Origin: an uncultured Acidobacteriota bacterium
GTDB lineage: Bacteria; Acidobacteriota; Thermoanaerobaculia; Multivoradales; JAHEKO01
Reading direction: 5' to 3'
DNA length: 64,000 nucleotides
Assembly (NCBI GenBank): GCA_963713825.1
Contig: CAVQNG010000025.1
Location: forward strand, 64,001 to 128,000
Positions 40,221 through 48,192 of the stretch are shown here, piece after piece; within the stretch, counting starts at the first letter, position 1, and the number at the start of each line of letters is the position of its first letter. Under the pieces are notes generated by a model, which had not been told where the DNA came from, ran no database searches, and was given only the letters and a program-made list of their open reading frames with translations. The position numbers and the translations under genes were made by a program.

Positions 40221-40876
40221 GCATCGGCTCGGTGGTCCTGTTGGCCGCGTCGATGGCACCCGGAGCCAGCTGGGCGGCCGATTCGCCAGAAACTGTCTCC
40301 TTTTCCACGGCGGACGGAGGGGAGATCCATGCTCACCTATACGGCGGGGGAGGGCACGCAGTCGTGCTCGCCCACGGCAAGGTGTTTGACAAGGAGAGCT
40401 GGCAGCCACTGGCGAGCTACTTGAGCGGCAGGGGACTCCAGGTCCTGGCCCTGGACTTCAGGGGTTACGGTGACTCGACTCCGGGTGAAGAGGAGGGGGC
40501 ACTCTGGCTGGACGTGGTGGCGGCGGCGGGTTTTCTTCGCCACCGCGGTGCCCAACGAATCTCGGCACTGGGCGCGAGCATGGGAGGTGGCGCCGTGGCT
40601 CGAGCGAGCGTCGAAGCTCCCACGGGCACCTTCTTCAAAGTGATTCTTCTGGCCGCGGCGCCAATCGCCGCGGCCGATCGAATGAAGGCGAACTCCTTCT
40701 TGTTTGTCGTCAGTCGCGAGGAGCCCCTGTTGCCGCGGGTGAGAGAACAGTTCGAGCAGGCTCCGGAGCCCAAGCGCCTCGAGATCCTCGAAAGCAGTGC
40801 CCACGCCCAGCATGTCTTCCGCACAGACCAGGCCGACGTCCTGACACAACTGATCGTCGACATGTTGGCTGATTGA
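40175..40876 (+). CDS. Exported alpha/beta hydrolase
   Basis: Signal peptide, LAHG, DFRGYG, GASMGG nucleophile elbow, HAQ; start uncertain. Confidence 0.8.
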   Translation: MSGLAGHRRALLPALSIGSVVLLAASMAPGASWAADSPETVSFSTADGGEIHAHLYGGGGHAVVLAHGKVFDKESWQPLASYLSGRGLQVLALDFRGYGDSTPGEEEGALWLDVVAAAGFLRHRGAQRISALGASMGGGAVARASVEAPTGTFFKVILLAAAPIAAADRMKANSFLFVVSREEPLLPRVREQFEQAPEPKRLEILESSAHAQHVFRTDQADVLTQLIVDMLAD

Positions 40877-41149
40877 TTCACCGCACCTTGAGGTAGAACT
40901 CCTGGGTAAGAGTCCAGGATCTCTTGGAGGCCCGTCCGGGGTAGTCCGCAGGTGCTGGGCCCATGCCCATCTGGCCGTTGTCGAGGGGTCCGACGCGGGG
41001 CCCCCAGGGGGCTATCCTCCCTATCCACAGCAACCAACCCCCTGGAGGTCCCCACGCCGAACCCTGGATGTCCCTGGATCACGGGTCCCTCTAGGCCCTT
41101 ACGCCTCTGAGCCCTCATTGCTCCACTGCCTTACTGCCACAGAGGTGCC

Positions 41150-41356
41150 AGAGGTTCGTCCGGGTGGTTCGACAGGGGGTGCCGAGTCGAGCGCGGCGCA
41201 AGGACCACGAACGAGCACGACAGATGAGGCGCGATGACGAGACAAGGTGGCGACCCCCTGAATGTAGGGGAGGGGCTTGCCCCCTCCCGCGGGAGCCCGC
41301 AAGGGGCTCCTACATAGCCGACACCGTCCCGCTGCGAACCACCCGGACGAACCTCT
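41150..41356. mobile_element. MITE-like 207-bp element bounded by 22-bp perfect terminal inverted repeats
   Basis: AGAGGTTCGTCCGGGTGGTTCG (41150-41171) is the exact reverse complement of CGAACCACCCGGACGAACCTCT (41335-41356); non-coding interior; no clear target duplication. Confidence 0.55.
41262..41315. repeat. GTAG-class REP doublet (REPIN-like)
   Basis: GTAG-GGGAGGGG-cttgc-CCCCTCCC on plus and GTA-GGAGCCC-cttgc-GGGCTCC (also beginning GTAG) on minus, inverted; outer ATGTAGG/CCTACAT complementary. Confidence 0.7.
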
Positions 41357-41638
41357 ACGAGAAGAGGGTCATCTGCCCCGGGGTCCAGAGCCTTGGTGCC
41401 CCAAGCCCTCAAAGACCGGCTGACACGAAGTGCTGCCGGCTCAACCCCCAAGCCCCAGAGACCGGCCGGGAGGTACGACCGGGCGCCTCAACCCTGTCTG
41501 CTTGCAGGCAGTGAATGCATTGTCATACACTCCGGCCACCAAAACTCGATCCAGTCCGTTGGGCAGAACCGACGGTTGAGGGCCGAAGGTCGGTGGATGG
41601 GTGTCGTCCGTCGCGGTCAGTCAGACAAGGAGTCGCTG

Positions 41639-43405
41639 ATGAGTGCTAGCGAAGCGCAGGCTGTCGGGGTGGAAGAACCCGGAGCCGAGCACCACGAGCT
41701 GCCGTTCTGGCAGCGCTACATCTTCTCGCAGGACCACAAGGTCATCGGGCTCCAGTACGGGTTCACCGCTCTTTGCTTCTTGCTGTTTGGCTTCAGCCTG
41801 ATGCTGATGATGCGTTGGCAGCTGGCCTATCCAGGTCGGCCTGTGCCGATCATCGGCGGTCTACTCGGCAGCGCCAATGCTCCCGGTGGCATCATGCTGC
41901 CCGAGTTCTACAACCAGCTGGGAGCGATGCACGGCACTGTCATGGTGTTCCTGGCGGTCGTTCCCCTGCTGGTGGGTGCCTACGGCAACTACCTCGTCCC
42001 CCTTCAGATTGGTGCTCCCGACATGGCGTTTCCGAAGCTGAACATGGCCAGCTACTGGTGCTACCTGCCAGGTGGCCTCATCATGCTGGCCAGCTTCTTC
42101 GTACCAGGTGGAGCCGCCAATTCGGGTTGGACCTCGTATCCGCCGCTTTCCAATATCGCCACCTCGGGTCAAACATGGTGGTTGGTGGGGATGATCTTCC
42201 TGATCACCTCGTCGCTGCTGGGCTCGGTGAATTTCATCGTCACCATCTTCCAGTTGCGCGCCGAAGGACTGGACTTCATGCGGCTGCCGATGTTCGTCTG
42301 GTCGCAGCTGGTGACGTCATTTCTGTTGCTGCTGGCCTTTCCACCCTTGGAAGCGGCGGGCATTCTCCAACTGATGGATCGGGTGGCGGGTACCAGCTTC
42401 TTCATGCCCAGCGGTCTGGTCGTCAGTGGTGAGGTCCTGGAGATAGCCGGCGGTGGCAACCCATTGCTGTGGCAGCATCTCTTCTGGTTCCTGGCGCATC
42501 CAGAGGTCTACGTTCTGATTCTGCCGGCAATGGGAATCGTCGCGGAGGTGATAGCCAACAACACCCGCAAACCGCTTTGGGGCTACAAGGCGATGGTCTA
42601 CTCAGCCGTCTTCCTGGGCTTCATGTCGTTCATCGTCTGGGCGCATCACATGTTCCTGACCGGCATGGGTACGGCGATCAGTTCGTTCTTCCAGACCACC
42701 ACCATGATCATCTCCGTTCCGTCGGTGGTCATTCTTTCAGCGCTATTGATCTCCCTCTGGGGCGGTTCCATACGGTTCAACACCCCAATGCTCTTTGCGT
42801 TGGCTTTCCTGCCGATGTTCGGTGTCGGCGGGCTCACCGGCCTCCCTCTCGGGCTGGCTCCGAGCGATATCCACCTGCATGACACCTACTACGTCATTGG
42901 GCATTTTCACTACGTCGTGGCCCCCGGCACGATCTTCGCGATCTTCGCTGGAATCTACTACTGGTTCCCGAAGATCACCGGCAGAATGATGAGTGAGCGC
43001 CTGGGCAAGCTCCACTTCTGGCCATCCCTGATATTCATGAATGGGATCTTCATGCCGATGTTCGTCCAGGGACTGGCCGGAGTGTCCAGGAGACTGTACG
43101 ACGGCGGAGCCCAGTATTCCCACGCCCAGGGCGTGCTGCACTGGAATCTCTTCATGTCGGTGTCGGCGTTCGGTCTTCTCATCGCCCAGATCCCCTTCAT
43201 CATCAACCTCTTCGTGAGCATCAAGAAGGGCGTCAAGGTCGGTTCAAATCCCTGGGACGCCACGACGCTGGAATGGGTCGCCGCGCCTTCGCCGCCTGTC
43301 GCTCATGGCAACTTCCCGGAGCTGCCGGTCGTTACCCGCGGACCCTACGAATACAGCCCACCAGAATCGGACGAGGGCTATCTGCCCCAGAACGCCGTGG
43401 CTTGA
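41639..43405 (+). CDS. ctaD: Second heme-copper oxidase subunit I (A1-like, lacking the K-channel Lys)
   Basis: DHKVIG, PDMAFPKLN, WFLAHPEVY, WAHHMF, HDTYY..HFHY; AAGGAG RBS before ATG 41639. Confidence 0.95.
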   Translation: MSASEAQAVGVEEPGAEHHELPFWQRYIFSQDHKVIGLQYGFTALCFLLFGFSLMLMMRWQLAYPGRPVPIIGGLLGSANAPGGIMLPEFYNQLGAMHGTVMVFLAVVPLLVGAYGNYLVPLQIGAPDMAFPKLNMASYWCYLPGGLIMLASFFVPGGAANSGWTSYPPLSNIATSGQTWWLVGMIFLITSSLLGSVNFIVTIFQLRAEGLDFMRLPMFVWSQLVTSFLLLLAFPPLEAAGILQLMDRVAGTSFFMPSGLVVSGEVLEIAGGGNPLLWQHLFWFLAHPEVYVLILPAMGIVAEVIANNTRKPLWGYKAMVYSAVFLGFMSFIVWAHHMFLTGMGTAISSFFQTTTMIISVPSVVILSALLISLWGGSIRFNTPMLFALAFLPMFGVGGLTGLPLGLAPSDIHLHDTYYVIGHFHYVVAPGTIFAIFAGIYYWFPKITGRMMSERLGKLHFWPSLIFMNGIFMPMFVQGLAGVSRRLYDGGAQYSHAQGVLHWNLFMSVSAFGLLIAQIPFIINLFVSIKKGVKVGSNPWDATTLEWVAAPSPPVAHGNFPELPVVTRGPYEYSPPESDEGYLPQNAVA

Positions 43406-43423
43406 GGAGAACAGAGGAAAGTC

Positions 43424-44014
43424 ATGCAGATCCCCTACACCGTCGAGCAGCGCCCTGATACAGGCCTTTACAACGCCAAGCTGGGCGTGTGGCTCTTCCT
43501 GGCCTCTGAAGTCATGTTGTTTGGGGCTTTGTTCTCGGCCCTCATTCTCCTGCGAACGGGTGCAACCACCTGGCCACATGGCTATGAAGTGCTGAATGTC
43601 CCGTTGGCGACGATGAACACCATGGTGCTCATCACCTCGTCCGTCTCGATGGTCATGTCATGGGCGGCGCTGCGCCTCGGCGACTTCGGCCGATACCGCA
43701 AGTGGATGGGCCTGACTTTTGTGCTCGGACTCGTGTTCATGGTCATCAAGAGCATCGAGTACGCCGCCAAGTTCGAGCACCATCTGTATCCGTCTCACGA
43801 CAATTTCATGGCCACCTATTTCACCCTGACTGGTCTGCATGGTCTGCATGTTCTGGGCGGCATGATCGTTATTGGCTATCTGCTCGGGCCGGGAAGCAAG
43901 ATGTGGAAGTCGGAGCCCGAGCGGTTTACCAATCGAGTCGAGGTGGTCGGGCTGTACTGGCATTTCGTGGATCTGGTCTGGATCTTTCTTTTCCCCACCC
44001 TTTACCTGCTGTAG
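43424..44014 (+). CDS. ctaE: Cytochrome c oxidase subunit III (second copy)
   Basis: WLFLASEVMLFG, TGLHGLHV, YWHFVDLVW. Confidence 0.93.
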   Translation: MQIPYTVEQRPDTGLYNAKLGVWLFLASEVMLFGALFSALILLRTGATTWPHGYEVLNVPLATMNTMVLITSSVSMVMSWAALRLGDFGRYRKWMGLTFVLGLVFMVIKSIEYAAKFEHHLYPSHDNFMATYFTLTGLHGLHVLGGMIVIGYLLGPGSKMWKSEPERFTNRVEVVGLYWHFVDLVWIFLFPTLYLL

Positions 44015-44033
44015 TGGGTAGGAGGAGGCGTCG

Positions 44034-44333
44034 ATGAGTGGACACAGTGTCGAGGAGATCAGAAAGGAAACCAGGGTCTACGTTCTGGTCTTCGTAGCCC
44101 TTGCAGTGTTGACGCTCGTCACGGTGGGCGTCAGCTACCTGCACCTGAGCTTCGGCGCCGCGGTGGCCCTGGCTCTGTTCATTGCTTCGATCAAGGGCAC
44201 CCTCGTGGCCGCCTTCTTCATGCATCTGATCTCGGAGAGGAAGCTAGTCGTCGCGGTGCTGGTTCTGACCGCGATCTTCTTTGTCGCTTTGATGCTTCTG
44301 CCCCTGGGTGGCTACGTCGACAGGCTGCGCTGA
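44034..44333 (+). CDS. ctaF: Cytochrome c oxidase subunit IV (second copy)
   Basis: Three TMs, IKGTLVAAFFMHL. Confidence 0.85.
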   Translation: MSGHSVEEIRKETRVYVLVFVALAVLTLVTVGVSYLHLSFGAAVALALFIASIKGTLVAAFFMHLISERKLVVAVLVLTAIFFVALMLLPLGGYVDRLR

Positions 44334-44335
44334 TC

Positions 44336-44539
44336 ATGTTGTCTCTGCGGAGCTTTCACGTTGTCTTCATCGTGGCCTCGATTCTCCTGTCTCTGGGGGT
44401 CGGAGCTTGGGGCGCACAGCAGTACCTGCAGCGATCGAGCACTCAGGGCTTGGCAATGGCGGTGATCTTCTTCCTGACGGCGATACTGCTGGCGCTGTAT
44501 GCCCTGCGGTACTTCGGCAAACTGAGGAGGCTCGAGTAG
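44336..44539 (+). CDS. Small two-TM membrane protein in the oxidase operon
   Basis: 67 aa, SLRSFHVVFI then two hydrophobic helices; 2-3 nt spacing to neighbours. Confidence 0.65.
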   Translation: MLSLRSFHVVFIVASILLSLGVGAWGAQQYLQRSSTQGLAMAVIFFLTAILLALYALRYFGKLRRLE

Positions 44540-44542
44540 GAA

Positions 44543-44851
44543 ATGCGGCGCACCGATTCGACCTCGACTCGCAAGAACAAGGGATCAGCCGCGGCAAGAT
44601 GGATCGCGGTACCCATGGCTCTACTCGCGGCGCTGGCCTTGTCGCAGTCCGCCGCCGCCTGTGCTGTTTGCTATGGCGCCGAAGATTCGGCCATGACAGC
44701 TGGAGTGAATAACGCGATTCTCCTGCTACTGGGAGTGGTGGCCTTGGTCCAAGGTAGCTTTGCGGCGCTGTTCCTGTCTCTTCGTCAGCGTGCCCGTCGA
44801 GCACGGAGCCAGGCCAAGGGACAGCGACCGTCGATTGGAGGGACCCTCTAG
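44543..44851 (+). CDS. Small exported/membrane protein with CxxC (ACAVCYG)
   Basis: Signal-like segment ending SAAA, then CAVCYG, then one TM; stop abuts the ctaC ATG. Confidence 0.65.
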   Translation: MRRTDSTSTRKNKGSAAARWIAVPMALLAALALSQSAAACAVCYGAEDSAMTAGVNNAILLLLGVVALVQGSFAALFLSLRQRARRARSQAKGQRPSIGGTL

Positions 44852-45652
44852 ATGCACTCGATACTGAGCCGATGGCTTCCCGAGAACGCCGCCGCACACG
44901 GTGCGGAGATCGACCGCATCATGGTCATGGTGCATTGGCTGATGCTCTTACTCTTCGTCGGGTGGAGTCTCTACTTCATCTACGTCCTGTTTCGGTTTCG
45001 GGCCGGTAGAAACCCCAAGGCGAGCTATACCGGGGTCAAGAGCCACTTCTCTTCGTACTTGGAAGGAGGCGTCGTCCTGGCGGAGGCCATCCTTCTGATC
45101 GGCTTCGCCATTCCGGCCTGGGCACGATGGGTAACCCCCCATGCGCCGGAAGCAGATGCCCTGCAGGTCAGGGTTGTTGCTGAGCAATTTGCCTGGAACG
45201 TTCACTACCCGGGTCCCGATGGCGTCTTTGGGAGTGCCGATATCAATCTCATCGATGCGGCCAACCCCTTGGGTTTGGATCGGCAGGATCCCTTTGCCAA
45301 GGACGACGTGACGACGATCAATCAACTCCATTTGCCTGTCAATCGAGCCGTCACGGTTCTGCTGTCCAGCAAGGATGTGATTCACAGTTTCTTCCTCCCG
45401 GTCATGCGGGTCAAACAGGACACGATCCCGGGAATGGAGATACCGGTTCGCTTCGTACCTGTGGCCACGACGCCAGAGGAGGCACAGCTGCCTGGCTGCG
45501 CGGCCAACGTTTCCTGTTGGGAGATCGCTTGTGCTCAGTTGTGTGGTCTCGGCCACTACCGGATGCGAGGTTTCTTCCAGGTGCACTCACAGGCCGACTT
45601 CGACCTTTGGATGGATCAGCAGGTCAAGAAGCTGGCACCGGCCACGAGCTGA
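44852..45652 (+). CDS. ctaC: Cytochrome c oxidase subunit II (second copy, no fused cytochrome c)
   Basis: Two TMs, QFAW, DVIHSF, CAQLCGLGHYRM CuA motif. Confidence 0.92.
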   Translation: MHSILSRWLPENAAAHGAEIDRIMVMVHWLMLLLFVGWSLYFIYVLFRFRAGRNPKASYTGVKSHFSSYLEGGVVLAEAILLIGFAIPAWARWVTPHAPEADALQVRVVAEQFAWNVHYPGPDGVFGSADINLIDAANPLGLDRQDPFAKDDVTTINQLHLPVNRAVTVLLSSKDVIHSFFLPVMRVKQDTIPGMEIPVRFVPVATTPEEAQLPGCAANVSCWEIACAQLCGLGHYRMRGFFQVHSQADFDLWMDQQVKKLAPATS

Positions 45653-45727
45653 TCGGCTTTTCTGCTGACGGCGACCTTCTCGCAGCTGCTGCAGAGCGGG
45701 AGACCTGGGGGCAGGTATGATCGGCGC

Positions 45728-46150
45728 ATGCCTGATCTATCGACGCTGCCCACTGTCAATGCGTTGCTGAATGGTCTGAGCGGCACCTTTCTGGTGGCTG
45801 GCTACTGGCTGATCCGGCAACGCAAGATCGGAGCTCACAAGGCCAGTATGCTGGCTGCCTTCGCCTGCTCCATCCTGTTTCTCGTCAGCTACCTCTTCTA
45901 CCATTCGCAGGTGGGTTCCGTTCGATTCCAGGGAACGGGAATGCTGAGGACGTTCTACCTGGGGGTCCTGTTGACCCATTCGGTGCTGGCGGCTGCCGTA
46001 CCGATCCTGGCGGTGATTACGCTGACTCGGGCGCTACGGGGTCGATTCGACAAGCACGCGGAGATTGCTCGCTGGACGTTGCCGATCTGGCTCTATGTGT
46101 CCGTCACCGGCGTCCTCGTGTACTGGATGCTCTACCACCTGTCGATCTGA
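45728..46150 (+). CDS. DUF420 family membrane protein (YozB/CtaM-like oxidase assembly factor)
   Basis: LPTVNALLN, AHKASM, FLVSY..YH, THSVLA, H..IARWT.PIWLYVSVTG. Confidence 0.85.
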   Translation: MPDLSTLPTVNALLNGLSGTFLVAGYWLIRQRKIGAHKASMLAAFACSILFLVSYLFYHSQVGSVRFQGTGMLRTFYLGVLLTHSVLAAAVPILAVITLTRALRGRFDKHAEIARWTLPIWLYVSVTGVLVYWMLYHLSI

Positions 46151-46157
46151 CGAGATC

Positions 46158-47327
46158 TTACAGGTCCTGCGTGTCTCCAGATTGGAGTCGGAGTGTGAGG
46201 AACCTCGCCAACTCATCGGCAGCCAGTGCATGACCGGCTCGGGTCCAGTGCCGATCGAGTCGAAAGTACAACTCCTCGCCCCGGGACAGACCCGTGACGA
46301 AGGGTGGTCCGAGGTCGAGAGTCGGAATCTCGTGGCGGTCGAGCAATTCCTGGAAGATCCGAGTTGGAGTCGAAGGGTCGTAGTCGGCTGGGTCGACGGC
46401 CAAACTGGTGAGACTCATCTGCCAACGTTCGGGCTCGAGTTGGATCTCGCTCGGGATCAGAACGGCGACGAGCTCGAAACCGAGCTCCTCGGATAGCTCC
46501 GTGAATCTTCCGAGAGCTTCATCCGTGGCGTCGATCGCCGGGCGTAGCTCCTGTTCGGCCGACTTCCTGTAGACGCCGAGCTCCTCCCTGAGCGTCCTGG
46601 TTTTCCATGGCTCTCCCAGACCCAGCTTGTCACGGAGAGGCTGGAAGCCGGGCTGGTCGAGCAAGCTCTTGGCAGCCACAAAAAGATGGGAGTGGCGGTG
46701 CAGCCAAGCTTTGATGCCACCAGCGGACTGGCTGGGGACCAGCAACCCGTCGACGAGCAGAATCTCCTCGCGGTCTGGTGACGCGTCCACCAGATCGTTG
46801 CCCAGGAAGATCGCCAGAACGACGATGTCCGGCTCCAACGCGACACCATGTCGTCGGAGCCAGCTCTCCGCGTCGGGCACACCGAAGGCCGGGGTGCCGG
46901 CGTTCAGACCCTCAGCTGCGGTTCGGTCGTGTCGCGCGAGTCGGGCTGGAAGCAGGGCGGTGAACGTCTCTGTATCCTCGACTCCGACGCCGAAAACGAA
47001 CGAGTCTCCGACGACCAGTACTCTCAGGATCTCGTCGGACGAGGAACCGACCTCAGGGCCTCGAAGCCCGGCCTGGTTGATCCGGATCTCGTTCGAGTAC
47101 TCCGCGCGGTTGTAGATGTTGCCGCGATACCCCGGTGACAGTCGGTAGCGCCCTGGTGGATCGGGAATGTAGAAGCCACCAGGCTCGATGACCAACCTGG
47201 GCTGCGGCCGCGCCAGTCGAACCAGGATCTCGGCGGCAGCCAGGCTCAGAACCAGAGATACGGCAAGCGTGATCGCCGGCACGAGGAGCGTCTTCAGCAG
47301 GCTCTGGCGTCGCGTTGGGAGAGGCAT
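46158..47327 (-). CDS. SGNH/GDSL hydrolase family membrane-anchored protein
   Basis: N-terminal TM, INQAGLRG, VGDSFVFG, GND, DRHW. Confidence 0.85.
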   Translation of the reverse strand: MPLPTRRQSLLKTLLVPAITLAVSLVLSLAAAEILVRLARPQPRLVIEPGGFYIPDPPGRYRLSPGYRGNIYNRAEYSNEIRINQAGLRGPEVGSSSDEILRVLVVGDSFVFGVGVEDTETFTALLPARLARHDRTAAEGLNAGTPAFGVPDAESWLRRHGVALEPDIVVLAIFLGNDLVDASPDREEILLVDGLLVPSQSAGGIKAWLHRHSHLFVAAKSLLDQPGFQPLRDKLGLGEPWKTRTLREELGVYRKSAEQELRPAIDATDEALGRFTELSEELGFELVAVLIPSEIQLEPERWQMSLTSLAVDPADYDPSTPTRIFQELLDRHEIPTLDLGPPFVTGLSRGEELYFRLDRHWTRAGHALAADELARFLTLRLQSGDTQDL

Positions 47328-47366
47328 GGCGTCGAAGCGAGGGGACCGGCCCTATTCGGTCGATGC

Positions 47367-48107
47367 TCAATCGAGATAGCCGAGCGCCCTGAACTCCTCG
47401 ACGAGCTCGGCGTCGATGTCTGAAGCCGTAGTGCTGCCCTGCCGGGCCTTGCCCCACGTCGGAATGGTCTTCAAGGGGTTGGCCGCGCGGAACTCGGGAG
47501 TGAAGAGGCCGACACGCGTCTTGCCGTCGAAGTCCTCCGCGATTGGCAGATTCAAGGAGTACAGCAGAGTTGGTGTGATGTCGAAAGTGTGGACCACTGG
47601 GGTCGAGAACGTCGGATCGATGTCGGGGCCTACGGCGATGAAGATCCCCTTCGTCTTTGCAGAGTGGGTGGCGGTGAGCTCTTCGACAGACTGCATGACC
47701 CCTGGGATCTCTTGGTCGTGGAAGAAGACTTCGCTCGGACGCTTGCGTTTGTGGACGACGACCGTCAGGTCGGCACCTTTCTCCAGCTGATCGCTAGTAG
47801 GCTGCCGAATGCCGAACAGCGGGGCACCGTTCTCGTGCACGACCGATCTCAAGTCTGTCGCCAACTCCTCGCGCAGGGCGTCCGGATCTCCGGGACTGAC
47901 CGGGCCCGCGTCGACAAGCCGGCCGAGGATTCGGTCGAAGGCCTCGTAGGCAGCTGGCACGATCTCCGCCCGCAGCGGATCGTCCGTCGCGGTGAGAGGG
48001 TCACCGGAGTCGCCCCTCTGACCACATCCCAAGGCGAGTCCAGCGCCGGCTACGCCGAGTGGCTGCAGCACCTCACGTCGGCTGATTCCTGGCAGCGGAT
48101 TGGGCAT
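47367..48107 (-). CDS. Tat-lipoprotein carrying only the C-terminal part of a nucleotide pyrophosphatase/phosphodiesterase (possibly an internally deleted remnant)
   Basis: SRREVL...LALGC; YEAFDRILG, H...GIFIAVGP, DITPTLL, DG, RALGY; no N-terminal metal-binding Asp motif or SDHG. Confidence 0.55.
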   Translation of the reverse strand: MPNPLPGISRREVLQPLGVAGAGLALGCGQRGDSGDPLTATDDPLRAEIVPAAYEAFDRILGRLVDAGPVSPGDPDALREELATDLRSVVHENGAPLFGIRQPTSDQLEKGADLTVVVHKRKRPSEVFFHDQEIPGVMQSVEELTATHSAKTKGIFIAVGPDIDPTFSTPVVHTFDITPTLLYSLNLPIAEDFDGKTRVGLFTPEFRAANPLKTIPTWGKARQGSTTASDIDAELVEEFRALGYLD

Positions 48108-48192
48108 TGGATCTAGTCGGGTTCCGTGCTGTGGGCTGGCCGGGCTTGCAGGGCTCGTCAGTATATTCCAAAGGAGTTGCGTGGCGATCCGT

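Noticed and set aside
40465-41118. 217-aa minus-strand ORF spanning the intergenic gap
   Set aside because: Mostly antisense to the alpha/beta hydrolase, with no recognisable motif or transposase signature
41399-41466. Possible CRISPR remnant
   Set aside because: Only two imperfect copies, not palindromic, and no cas genes
41393-41638. N-terminal extension of the second ctaD given in the ORF track
   Set aside because: No similarity to subunit I; a good RBS precedes ATG 41639
41639-43405. Second oxidase as a classical nitric oxide reductase
   Set aside because: It retains HPEVY with the crosslinking Tyr, A-type D-channel residues and subunits II, III and IV; cNOR/qNOR-type Glu motifs were not seen
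43831-43850. 9-bp tandem repeat TGGTCTGCA
   Set aside because: It simply encodes the conserved GLHGLH motif of subunit III
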